NCBI GenBank assembly: GCA_033721835.1
Contig: JAWWAE010000001.1
Location: forward strand, 1-61,867
Source of the DNA: Halofilum sp. (in: g-proteobacteria)
Lineage (GTDB): Bacteria > Pseudomonadota > Gammaproteobacteria > XJ16 > Halofilaceae
DNA length: 61,867 bases
Reading direction: 5' to 3'
Position numbers and translations under genes: made by a program. A model generated the notes under the pieces. That model did not search any database, was not told where the DNA came from, and saw nothing but the letters and a program-made list of their open reading frames with translations. Numbering within the stretch: position 1 is the first letter of the stretch; every line of letters starts with the position of its first letter. Below, one piece after another: positions 53,594-61,867 of this stretch.

Positions 53594-55189
53594 ATGGCAC
53601 GAAAAGCACCGAATATCCTGTTCGTAATGGCGGACCAGCTCGGCTCGCCGGTGTTGCCGGCCTACGGTCACCCGGTGGTCCGCACCCCGAACCTCGACCG
53701 CCTGGCCGCAGCCGGGACGGTGTTCGAGAACGCCTACTGCAACTCGCCGCTGTGTTCGACGTCGCGCGTGTCGATGCTCTCCGGCCGCCTGCCGTCGGAG
53801 CTCGACGCGTTCGACAACGCCTCCGAGTTCCCGGCCTCGGTGCCGACCTTCGCCCACTACCTGCGGGCACTCGACTACCGCACCTGCCTCGCGGGCAAGA
53901 TGCACCTGGTCGGGCCCGACCAGCTGCACGGCTTCGAGGAGCGCCTGACCACCGATTTCTACCCGGTGGACTTCGGCTGGACGCCGGACTGGGAACAGCC
54001 GGACGAGCAGCTCGAGTTCTTCCACACCATGGAGAGCGTCACCCGCTCGGGCGTGGTTGCCCGCAGCATGCCGATCGACTACGACGACGAGGTCACGTTC
54101 CGCGCCGCGCGCCACATCTACGACGTCAAGCGCGACCCCCGCGACGATCGTCCGTTCTTCATCGCCGCCTCGCTGACCCATCCGCACGATCCGTACCTGA
54201 CGACGCGCCAGTACTACGACCGCTACCGCGCCGACGAGATCGACATGCCGCGCGTGCCGCACATCCCGGTCGAGGAGCGCGCCGCCCACAGCGCGCGCCT
54301 CTACTACCACTACGGCATGCACCGAGAAGAGATCACCGACGAGGACATCCGACGCTCGCGCCACGCCTACTACGGCATGATCAGCTACGTCGACGACAAG
54401 CTCGGCGAACTGCTCGACGCGCTCGAGGCGACCGGCCAGGCCGACAACACGATCGTGATCTTCTCGGCCGACCACGGCGACATGCTCGGCGAGCGGGGCA
54501 TGTGGTACAAGATGAGCATGCACGAGTGGTCGGCCGCAGTGCCGTTCATCGTGCGCCATCCCGACCTCGCCGGCGGCAACCGCGTCCGGCAGAACATGTC
54601 GCTGGTCGACCTGTTCCCGACGCTGGTCGACTTCGCCTCCGGCGCGGAACCCGACCCCGTGGTCGCGCCGCATCTCGACGGGCGCAGCGTGGCACCGCTG
54701 CTCGACGGCCGCACGGACGACTGGCCGGACACCGTGTACTCGGAGTACCTGGGCGAGGGCGCCGCCGGCCCCTGCCTGATGGTGCGCCGCGGCCGCTACA
54801 AGTACGTCTACAGCGACGGCGAGGCCGGCGAGGCCGCCGATCCGCCGGAGCTGTTCGACCTCGAGGCCGATCCCGACGAAGTCGAGAATCTGGCCGGCCG
54901 CCCCGAGCTGCGGGAGACCGAGCAGCAGCTCGCCGCCCTCGTGCGCGAGCGCTGGGACCCCGATGCACTGCGGACCCGGGTGCTCGAGACGCAGAAGCGC
55001 CGCCGTTTCATCTTCGCCGCGCTCAGCAAGGGCCTGCAGCAGCCCTGGGACTACCAGCCGCGCTTCGACGCCTCCGACCAGTACATCCGCAACGGCGAGG
55101 TGCTGGCCGAGCGCGAGGCCCGGGCACGGCTCGAGGAGCAGGCGCGGGCCGAAGGGCCGCCGTCGGAGCGGACCCGCAGGACGGGCTGA
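53594..55189 (+). CDS. betC: Choline-sulfatase family protein
   Basis: PNILFVMADQL, GKMHLVGPDQLHGFEERLTTD, SLTHPHDPY, DHGDMLGERGMWYKM, WDYQP...YIRN. Confidence 0.88.
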   Translation: MARKAPNILFVMADQLGSPVLPAYGHPVVRTPNLDRLAAAGTVFENAYCNSPLCSTSRVSMLSGRLPSELDAFDNASEFPASVPTFAHYLRALDYRTCLAGKMHLVGPDQLHGFEERLTTDFYPVDFGWTPDWEQPDEQLEFFHTMESVTRSGVVARSMPIDYDDEVTFRAARHIYDVKRDPRDDRPFFIAASLTHPHDPYLTTRQYYDRYRADEIDMPRVPHIPVEERAAHSARLYYHYGMHREEITDEDIRRSRHAYYGMISYVDDKLGELLDALEATGQADNTIVIFSADHGDMLGERGMWYKMSMHEWSAAVPFIVRHPDLAGGNRVRQNMSLVDLFPTLVDFASGAEPDPVVAPHLDGRSVAPLLDGRTDDWPDTVYSEYLGEGAAGPCLMVRRGRYKYVYSDGEAGEAADPPELFDLEADPDEVENLAGRPELRETEQQLAALVRERWDPDALRTRVLETQKRRRFIFAALSKGLQQPWDYQPRFDASDQYIRNGEVLAEREARARLEEQARAEGPPSERTRRTG

Positions 55190-55251
55190 ACGTTGCCGCG
55201 ACCCGTGCCGGCCACGAACCGGACCACTATCGAACCGAGACGGAGCCGAAC

Positions 55252-56448
55252 ATGAACGCACCGATCCGACCGATCGTCGACATGGGCGAGCTGTCGAACT
55301 ACGCCGGTACCTCGCTGCTCGCGCACGCCGAACTCGCGGGCGACGAACTGACCGTGACCTGGGACGACGGCGCCAGCGGCCGCTTCCACCTGCTGTGGCT
55401 GCGCGATCACTGTGCCTGTGGCGAATGCCGTCACCCGCAGACGCGCGAGCGGCTGTTCCGGCTGATCGACCTCCCGGAGACGCTGCCGGCACCGCACGCG
55501 GAGGTGACGTCGGCCGGGGCGCTGCGGCTGTCGTGGCCGCCGATGGGCGAGTTCGGCGCGCACGAGAGTCTGTTCGATCCGGGCTGGCTGCGCCAGCGGG
55601 CGACGCCGGAGGCGATCGACGCGCTCGACGGCGGCGCCAGGACCTTCTGGGACGCGTCGCTCGCCGGCCACGTGCCCAGCGTGCGGCACGCCGAGTTCAT
55701 GGACAGCGACGCCGGCGCGGTCGACTGGCTGCACGCGCTCGACAGCCACGGGCTGGTGCTGCTGCGCGACGGTCCGCTGGCCGATCAGGAGGTGCTGCGG
55801 GTGGCGGAGCGCATCGGCTGGCCGCGCGAGACCAATTTCGGCCGCCATTTCGATGTCGTGTCGAAACCGGACCCGAACAACGCGGCCTTCACCGCGGGCC
55901 CGCTCGAGCCGCACGTCGACCTGCCGAACTGGCAGCGCGCGCCCGACTTCCAGTTGCTCTACTGCCTTGCCAACGAGGCACAGGGCGGCGACTCGCTGCT
56001 GACCGACGGCTTCGCGGTGGCCGAGGCGTTGCGCCGCGAGGACCCGGAGGCGTTCGAGGTGCTGGCCACGCAACGGGTCGACTTCCGCTTCCAGGACGAG
56101 ACCACCGACATCGGCTGCCGCGCCCCCGTGATCGGCCGCGACGCCGACGGCAACCTGACCGAGATCCGCTTCAACAACTGGATCCGCGATTCGCTGCGCA
56201 TCCCGGCCGCGCAGGTCGCGCCCTTCTACCGCGCCTACCGGCGCTTCTGGCAACTGCTGCGCGATCCGCGCTACCTGCTGCGCCTGCGGCTCGAGCCGGG
56301 ACAGATGATCGCCTTCGACAACCTGCGCGTGCTGCACGGGCGGGAGGCATTCGACCCGAACACCGGTTTCCGGCGCCTGCAGGGCGCCTATCTCGACCGC
56401 GACCCGATCCGGTCGCGGCTGCGGGTGCTGGGACGGCAGGCGGCCTGA
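55252..56448 (+). CDS. Fe(II)/2-oxoglutarate dioxygenase, gamma-butyrobetaine hydroxylase-like
   Basis: WLRDHCACGECRHPQTRER zinc domain, HVD iron motif, FDNLRVLHGR, RRLQGAY. Confidence 0.9.
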   Translation: MNAPIRPIVDMGELSNYAGTSLLAHAELAGDELTVTWDDGASGRFHLLWLRDHCACGECRHPQTRERLFRLIDLPETLPAPHAEVTSAGALRLSWPPMGEFGAHESLFDPGWLRQRATPEAIDALDGGARTFWDASLAGHVPSVRHAEFMDSDAGAVDWLHALDSHGLVLLRDGPLADQEVLRVAERIGWPRETNFGRHFDVVSKPDPNNAAFTAGPLEPHVDLPNWQRAPDFQLLYCLANEAQGGDSLLTDGFAVAEALRREDPEAFEVLATQRVDFRFQDETTDIGCRAPVIGRDADGNLTEIRFNNWIRDSLRIPAAQVAPFYRAYRRFWQLLRDPRYLLRLRLEPGQMIAFDNLRVLHGREAFDPNTGFRRLQGAYLDRDPIRSRLRVLGRQAA

Positions 56449-56498
56449 GCCGCCGAGCGTCCCGCCCGCAACACTCTTCGCACGAAGGGAGGAACTCA

Positions 56499-57449
56499 AT
56501 GAACATGCATGGCCACAGATTGCGCGCCGGGATCGTCCTGGCCGCCATTACAAGCGCGCTGCTGATGCTGGTACCCCTGCGCGCCACGGCCGCCGAACCG
56601 ATCCGTTTCGCCATCCAGGCCTGGCCCGGCGTCACCGTCAAGACCGAGGTCGCCATCCAGCTGCTGGAGACCATGGGCTACGAGACGACGCTGCAGGAGC
56701 TGAGTCCACAGTTCGTCTACCAGGGCATCCGCACCGACGACGTCGATGTCTCGCTCGGCGCCTGGATGCCGGCGCACAAGGACATGCTGCGGCCGCTGCT
56801 CGACGAGGGCTCGGCAGTGCAGTACGCCGCAAATCTCGAAGGCGCCATCCAGGGCCTGGCGGTGCCGGCCTACACCTGGGACAGCGGCATCCACAGCGTC
56901 GAGGACCTGGTCGAGCACGGCGAGCAGTTCGATCGCAGGATCTACGCGATCGGCGCGGGTGCGGCGATGACGCGCGCCTTCCAGGACGCCGTCGCCGAGG
57001 ACTACATGGGCCTCGGTGACTGGAAGGTGGTGCCGAGCAGCGTCGCCGGCATGCTGTCGCAGGTGCGGCGTTCGACCAGGAAGAACGAGGACATCGTGTT
57101 CCATGGCTGGCGGCCGCACTGGATGGACATCCGCTTCGATATCCGCTTCCTCGAGGCCGATCCCGAGGGTCGGCTCGCCGGCATGAAGACGACCGTCTAC
57201 ACGATCGTCGCCGACGGCTGGCCGGAGAGGCATCCACAGCCGGCGAAGTTCCTGCGCCAGTTCGACGTGCCACCGGACGCGCAGAGCCGCTGGATCGACG
57301 GCTTCGGCCGCCAGGAGCTGCCGGCCGAGCAGGTGGCGACGGAGTGGATCCGCAGCAACCTCGACCTGGTCGGCCAGTGGGTCGAGGGGGTCGAGAGCGC
57401 CGATGGCACGCCGGCGATCGAGGCGATCCGCAGGCAGTTCAGCGGCTGA
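56499..57449 (+). CDS. Glycine betaine/choline-type substrate-binding protein (OpuAC/ChoX family)
   Basis: Signal peptide, WPG, LGAWMP, GWRPHWM aromatic-cage tryptophans. Confidence 0.9.
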   Translation: MNMHGHRLRAGIVLAAITSALLMLVPLRATAAEPIRFAIQAWPGVTVKTEVAIQLLETMGYETTLQELSPQFVYQGIRTDDVDVSLGAWMPAHKDMLRPLLDEGSAVQYAANLEGAIQGLAVPAYTWDSGIHSVEDLVEHGEQFDRRIYAIGAGAAMTRAFQDAVAEDYMGLGDWKVVPSSVAGMLSQVRRSTRKNEDIVFHGWRPHWMDIRFDIRFLEADPEGRLAGMKTTVYTIVADGWPERHPQPAKFLRQFDVPPDAQSRWIDGFGRQELPAEQVATEWIRSNLDLVGQWVEGVESADGTPAIEAIRRQFSG

Positions 57450-57623
57450 CGCCGGCCGGTCGGGTCGCGGGCCGGGCCTCCCGACCCGCGCCCACCGGCC
57501 CTGCGGTGCTTCGAGAGACCCGCCGTAAACCACTGATTCTGCGCATTTGCCGAATCCACGGCATAATGCCCGCGTGACCAGGATCCCGTCGCGCCCCAGA
57601 CATCGCTCCGCTGGAGCGTCCGA

Positions 57624-59408
57624 GTGAAAGCGGCCAGTCCGACACTGCGCCGCATGCTCCCGTTCCTGCGCTGGTCGCCGCGGGTCGACGGGCGCACGGT
57701 CCGGGCCGACGCCTTCGCCGGCCTGACCAATGCCTTCGTGGTGCTGCCCCAGGGCGTCGCCTTTGCCCTGATCGCCGGCCTGCCGCCGCAGTACGGCCTC
57801 TACACCGCCATCGTGCCGGCGGTGATCGCGGCGCTGTTCGGCTCCTCCTGGCACCTGATCTCCGGACCGACGCTGGCACTCTCGATCACGGTCTTCGCCA
57901 CCCTGTCGCCGATTGCCCAGCCGGGCACCTCCGAGTTCGTCGCCCTGGCGCTCACGCTGACGTTGCTGGCCGGGCTCTACCAGCTCGCCTTCGGGCTCGC
58001 CCGGCTCGGGGCGCTGGTCAACTTCGTCTCGCCGGCGGTCATTACAGGCTTCACCGCTGGCGCGGCGATCCTGGTCGTGACCAGCCAGCTGCGCACCGTG
58101 CTCGGGCTCGACATGCCACGCGGCAAGCACTTCACGGAGAGCTGGCTGTATGCCCTGACCCATGTCGACGAGATCCGGCTGGTCACGGTGATTGTCGCCG
58201 CGGTCAGCTTCGGGACCGCGCTCGTCCTGCGCCGCGCGCGGCCCAACTGGCCGTGGCTGCTGATCGCCATGCTGGCCGGCACGCTGGCCGGTCTCGGCTT
58301 CACCTTCACTGGCGTCTCGATCCCCGTGGTCGGCTCGCTGCCGTCGTCGCTGCCGTCGCTCAGCCTGCCGCCGCTCGACCTGGGCACCATCCGCCGGCTC
58401 GCGCCGGAGGCGCTGGCGCTGGCGTTGCTCGGACTGATCGAGGCGGTCTCGATCGGGCGGGCGATCGCCCTGCGCTCGCAGCAGCGCATCGACGGCAACC
58501 AGGAGTTCGTCGGCCAGGGCCTCTCCAACATCGTCGGCGCGTTCAGTTCCTGCTATGCCAGCTCCGGCTCGTTCACGCGCTCGGGCATCAACTACGAGGC
58601 GGGGGCGAAGACGCCGATGTCGGCCATCTTCTCCGCCGTCTTCCTGATCGCGATCCTGCTCGGCGTGGCACCGCTCGGTGCCTACCTGCCGCAGGCGGCC
58701 ATGGGCGGCATGATCCTCGTCGTCGCCTGGAACCTGGTCGACCAGAAGCACATCCGCGAGATCATCCGTGCCAGCCGCCAGGACACCGTGGTCCTGGTGG
58801 TGACCTTCGGTGCCACGCTGATGGTCGACCTCGCCTTCGCCATCCTCGCCGGCGTGCTGCTGTCGCTGCTGCTGTTCCTCAACCGCGCGGCGCACCCGTC
58901 CGTGTTCAGCCTGGCGCCGGACCCGAGCCACTCCACGCGCCGCTTCATGAACCTGCAGCGCAAGCAGCTGACCGAGTGCCCGCAGCTCAAGATCGCGCGC
59001 GTCGACGGCCCGCTGTTCTTCGGCTCGGTGCAGACCGTCGGTGAGACGCTGGCGCGCATGAGCGAGGGGCCGCAGCCGCAGAAGCACCTGCTGCTGGTGT
59101 GCAGCAGCATCAATTACATCGACAGCGCCGGTGCCCAGATGCTGGTCGAAGAGGCCCGCCGGCGGCGTGCGGCCGGCGGTGACTTCTACCTCTGCGCGCT
59201 GCGCATGGAGGTACGCGACTTCCTCGAGCGCAGCGGCTACGCCGAGGAGTTCGGCAACGAGAACATCTTCGTCGAGAAGGCCGAGGCCATCGAGGGCATC
59301 TTCGAGCGCCTCGAGCGCGACATCTGCGAGCGCTGCACCGCGCGCATCTTCCGTGAATGTCAGCGCGTCCCGAAGAAGCGCGAGGACATCGTGCCGATCG
59401 AGACGTAA
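57624..59408 (+). CDS. SulP/SLC26 anion transporter with STAS domain
   Basis: LPQGVAFALIAGLPPQYGLY, NQEFVGQGLSN, SGSFTRS, GPLFFG, INYIDSAG. Confidence 0.95.
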   Translation: MKAASPTLRRMLPFLRWSPRVDGRTVRADAFAGLTNAFVVLPQGVAFALIAGLPPQYGLYTAIVPAVIAALFGSSWHLISGPTLALSITVFATLSPIAQPGTSEFVALALTLTLLAGLYQLAFGLARLGALVNFVSPAVITGFTAGAAILVVTSQLRTVLGLDMPRGKHFTESWLYALTHVDEIRLVTVIVAAVSFGTALVLRRARPNWPWLLIAMLAGTLAGLGFTFTGVSIPVVGSLPSSLPSLSLPPLDLGTIRRLAPEALALALLGLIEAVSIGRAIALRSQQRIDGNQEFVGQGLSNIVGAFSSCYASSGSFTRSGINYEAGAKTPMSAIFSAVFLIAILLGVAPLGAYLPQAAMGGMILVVAWNLVDQKHIREIIRASRQDTVVLVVTFGATLMVDLAFAILAGVLLSLLLFLNRAAHPSVFSLAPDPSHSTRRFMNLQRKQLTECPQLKIARVDGPLFFGSVQTVGETLARMSEGPQPQKHLLLVCSSINYIDSAGAQMLVEEARRRRAAGGDFYLCALRMEVRDFLERSGYAEEFGNENIFVEKAEAIEGIFERLERDICERCTARIFRECQRVPKKREDIVPIET

Positions 59409-59417
59409 GAGAGGGGC

Positions 59418-59610
59418 AAGCGCCCAGCGCCCAGTTCCTGCCGCAGGCCGGGACACCCATGACGTCGAGGATTCGCAGGGGCCACTTTTACGCCCTGGTA
59501 CCGTCATCGCGAGGAGCAACGCGACGAAGCGATCCAGGGCGCTTCATCACGGAGATGACGCACCGGCGTAGGACAACCGCGTGTTGAATGTTCCTGGGCG
59601 CTGGGCGCTT
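59418..59610. repeat. 7-nt tandem inverted element enclosing a partial CGTC-type repeat (59501-59538)
   Basis: aagcgcccagcgcccag / ctgggcgctgggcgctt perfect 17-bp IR; ccgtcatcgcgaggagcaacgcgacgaagcgatccag inside. Confidence 0.82.
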
Positions 59611-59612
59611 TT

Positions 59613-59669
59613 CTAGTCCCGCCGCAACGCATCCGAAACCGCCACGGGCGTCGGATAGCGCAGCACGAT
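59613..59669 (-). pseudogene. Displaced duplicate of the last 18 codons plus stop of the cation:proton antiporter
   Basis: Translates IVLRYPTPVAVSDALRRD*, identical to 59778-59834, with only synonymous differences. Confidence 0.92.
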
Positions 59670-59713
59670 GTAGGTGCGCTTTTGCCCGGCGTTCACGCCG
59701 GGCAAACGCGTAC
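59670..59713 (+). repeat. Single GTAG-type REP with enlarged hairpin
   Basis: GTAGGTGCGCTTTTGC-ccggcgttcacgccgg-GCAAACGCGTAC. Confidence 0.85.
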
Positions 59714-59777
59714 GGCAACCCGGATCAGCACAGCAATCTCGCGGCGGACCAGCCGCCTGTGCGCGGCTCCGCTGCAA

Positions 59778-60947
59778 TCAATCCCTGCGCAGCGCGTCCG
59801 AGACCGCCACCGGCGTCGGATAGCGCAGCACGATCCAGTACGACGACCCGATGAACGTCAGGATCGTCGCCGCCTGGATGGTGTATGAGGCCCTGGCCGA
59901 CAGCACCTCGGTCTCCAGCCCGACGATCGCGATCAGCAGCGAGAACTCGGAGATCTGCCCCAGCCGCACCCCGATCTGCCGCGCGAGATCCGCTGCCTCC
60001 TTCTCGCGCTCGAGGATCTTGTCGAACACGATCGGTTTCAGCAGCAAGGCCGCCACCGCCAGCGCCGTCGCCGGCAGGAACACCTCCGGCAGCACCGTGA
60101 CATCGAAGCCCGCGCCGAGGGCAAAGAAGAACATGATCAGGAAGAAGTCGCGCAGCGGCTTGAGGCTCTCGGCGATGAAGCGGGCGACCGGGTTCGTCGC
60201 CAGGGTGACGCCGGCGATGAAGGCGCCGATCTCGAGCGACAGCCCCACCTGCTCGCCGAGCACCGCGATCGCGAGGCACCAGCCGATCGCCAGCAGGAAG
60301 ATGTACTCCTGGATCTGGTCGAACTTGAAGAACAGGCGCGTGATCACGTAGCGCGAGAAGCCGAACGCGAACAGCACCAGCAGCGGCGCCGCCGCCAGGC
60401 TGAACAGCAGCTCGGTGATCGGATTCTGGCCGCCGCCCCAGCCCTGGATGAACAGCAGCACGATGATGGCGATGACGTCCTGCAGCAGCAGGATGGAGAC
60501 GATGATCTCGCCCATGCGCTGGTGATGCAGCGCCGAGGTCGGCAGCAGCTTGAGGCCGATGATGGTGCTGGAGAACATCATCGCCGCGCCGATCAGCGCG
60601 ACTTCCAGTGCGCCGAACCCGAACAGCCAGGCGATGCCGGCACCGAGCAGCCAGAACGCCACGCAGGTCACGATCGTGACCTCGGTCACCTCGCGCAGCA
60701 GCCGCCGCAGCTCCTGCGGCTCCAGGTTCAGGCCCAGCAGGAACAGCAGGAAGATGATCCCGACCTCGGCCATGCCGCGGATGACCTCCGGGTCTGTGGT
60801 CAGGCCGAAGCCCCAGGGCCCGAACAGCAGCCCGAGGATGATGTAGGCGACCGGCAACGCCTGGCGCGCATACAGCACCACCGTGGCGATCACCGCCGCC
60901 CCGGTGAAGATGAGGAAGATCGCGTGGACGATTCCTTCGGCTGCCAT
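59778..60947 (-). CDS. Cation:proton antiporter (CPA2 family, no KTN domain)
   Basis: AEVGIIFLLFLLGL, FSSTII, LLLQD, IGAFIAGV, LRDFF...FF, GQISEFS. Confidence 0.92.
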   Translation of the reverse strand: MAAEGIVHAIFLIFTGAAVIATVVLYARQALPVAYIILGLLFGPWGFGLTTDPEVIRGMAEVGIIFLLFLLGLNLEPQELRRLLREVTEVTIVTCVAFWLLGAGIAWLFGFGALEVALIGAAMMFSSTIIGLKLLPTSALHHQRMGEIIVSILLLQDVIAIIVLLFIQGWGGGQNPITELLFSLAAAPLLVLFAFGFSRYVITRLFFKFDQIQEYIFLLAIGWCLAIAVLGEQVGLSLEIGAFIAGVTLATNPVARFIAESLKPLRDFFLIMFFFALGAGFDVTVLPEVFLPATALAVAALLLKPIVFDKILEREKEAADLARQIGVRLGQISEFSLLIAIVGLETEVLSARASYTIQAATILTFIGSSYWIVLRYPTPVAVSDALRRD

Positions 60948-61148
60948 CGGCCTGTCCCTGAACGTCGGCGGCGCCATTATCGCACGCCGATCCGCTCGCA
61001 CGACCGCGGTCTCTTTCCCCTTGGGAGAATAACTTTATGACGATTCGGACTTTTTCCTGCCGGCCAGCCGACTGTACGTTGCATGGAGGCGACGGCGACG
61101 GCCATTTGGTCGCCCCGCCTTGAACCGCCCGTACCGCAGGTGAGCGCC

Positions 61149-61867
61149 ATGTCGAAGATTCATGTGTTGCACGAGAACGATGCCTGGGCCCGACCCCTGT
61201 TCGAGGCCCTGGAGGCGGGCGGGCTGGCGTACGCGTCCTGGCACCTGGACCAGGGCCACGTCGACCCTCGCGCGATCCCACCCGAGGGCGTGTTCTACAA
61301 CCGCATGAGCGCGTCCGCGCATACCCGCGGCCACCGCTACGCGCCGGAGCTGACCCGCCAGGTGCTGGCCTGGCTCGAGGCGTATGGCCGACGGGTGGTC
61401 AACGACAGCCGCGCGCTGTCGCTGGAGATCAACAAGCTGGGCCAGTACGCCGCCCTCGAGGCGGCCGGCATCCGCATCCCGCGCACGCTGGGTGCGGTCG
61501 GCCGCGAGGCCGTGCTGCGCGCCGCCGATGAGCTCGGCGAGGCGCCGTTCATCCTGAAGCCGAACCGTGGGGGCACCGGCGCCGGCGTGCAGCGGGTCGA
61601 GGACCGCGAGCAGCTCGCCGCCGTTCTCGACGACCCCGCGACCGAGGCCCCGCTCGATGGCACCTGGCTGGTGCAGCAGTACATCCGCCCGCCGGAGCCG
61701 GTCATCACCCGCTGCGAGTTCATCGGCGGCCGCTTCCATTACGCGGTCAGCGTCGACACCAGCCAGGGCTTCGAGCTGTGCCCGGCCGACGTCTGTCAGG
61801 TCGACGACGCCTTCTGCCCGACCGGCGAGCAGCCGGCGCCGGCCAACAGGTTCACCGTCCTCGACGG
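61149..61867 (+). CDS. RimK-like ATP-grasp ligase, partial (runs off the window)
   Basis: Read by hand: MSKIHVLHEN...YNRMSASAHTRGH...VVND...EINK...IPRT...ILKPNRGGTGAGV...LVQQYI. Confidence 0.85.
   Translation, partial: MSKIHVLHENDAWARPLFEALEAGGLAYASWHLDQGHVDPRAIPPEGVFYNRMSASAHTRGHRYAPELTRQVLAWLEAYGRRVVNDSRALSLEINKLGQYAALEAAGIRIPRTLGAVGREAVLRAADELGEAPFILKPNRGGTGAGVQRVEDREQLAAVLDDPATEAPLDGTWLVQQYIRPPEPVITRCEFIGGRFHYAVSVDTSQGFELCPADVCQVDDAFCPTGEQPAPANRFTVLD

Noticed and set aside
52568-59519. Very long minus-strand ORFs (974 aa and 1007 aa), and similar ones such as 23901-26771
   Set aside because: Antisense shadows of real high-GC genes; only the LysR part 52568-53464 has recognisable motifs

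Overview
High-GC (about 70%) chromosomal window, most consistent with a marine or halophilic Gammaproteobacterium (inferred from ubiK/comM, pdxB, zapE, azurin, RtT-like repeats and osmolyte genes). No prophage, integrase, transposase or CRISPR array is visible. Gene blocks: RND efflux pump behind oxyR; orphan tupA; FNR plus a second CRP/FNR regulator, usp and a ccoNOQP-(H)-I-S-azurin cluster with FNR boxes; a DddD-like CoA-transferase; a Tat-exported Cys-type formate dehydrogenase with its maturation genes; tRNA-Arg(CCG) with a split duplicate and RtT-like repeats; housekeeping genes (comM, ubiK, speE, pdxB, typA, csp, zapE); and a LysR-choline sulfatase-Fe/2OG dioxygenase-binding protein-SulP cluster. 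The most unusual signals are: (1) a family of short-period (7-11 nt) tandem-repeat inverted elements at seven intergenic sites, often nesting GTAG- and CGTC-type REPs; (2) a synonymously recoded duplicate of a gene 3' end that abuts a REP exactly; (3) a promoter-plus-tRNA duplicate interrupted in the T-loop; (4) a gamma-butyrobetaine-dioxygenase-like gene inside a choline-O-sulfate operon whose sulfatase has a non-canonical CSTSR motif; (5) a ZntR/CadR-type leaderless promoter on a DUF4396 gene. Family assignments come from motif recognition by eye and from memory; no searches were run.
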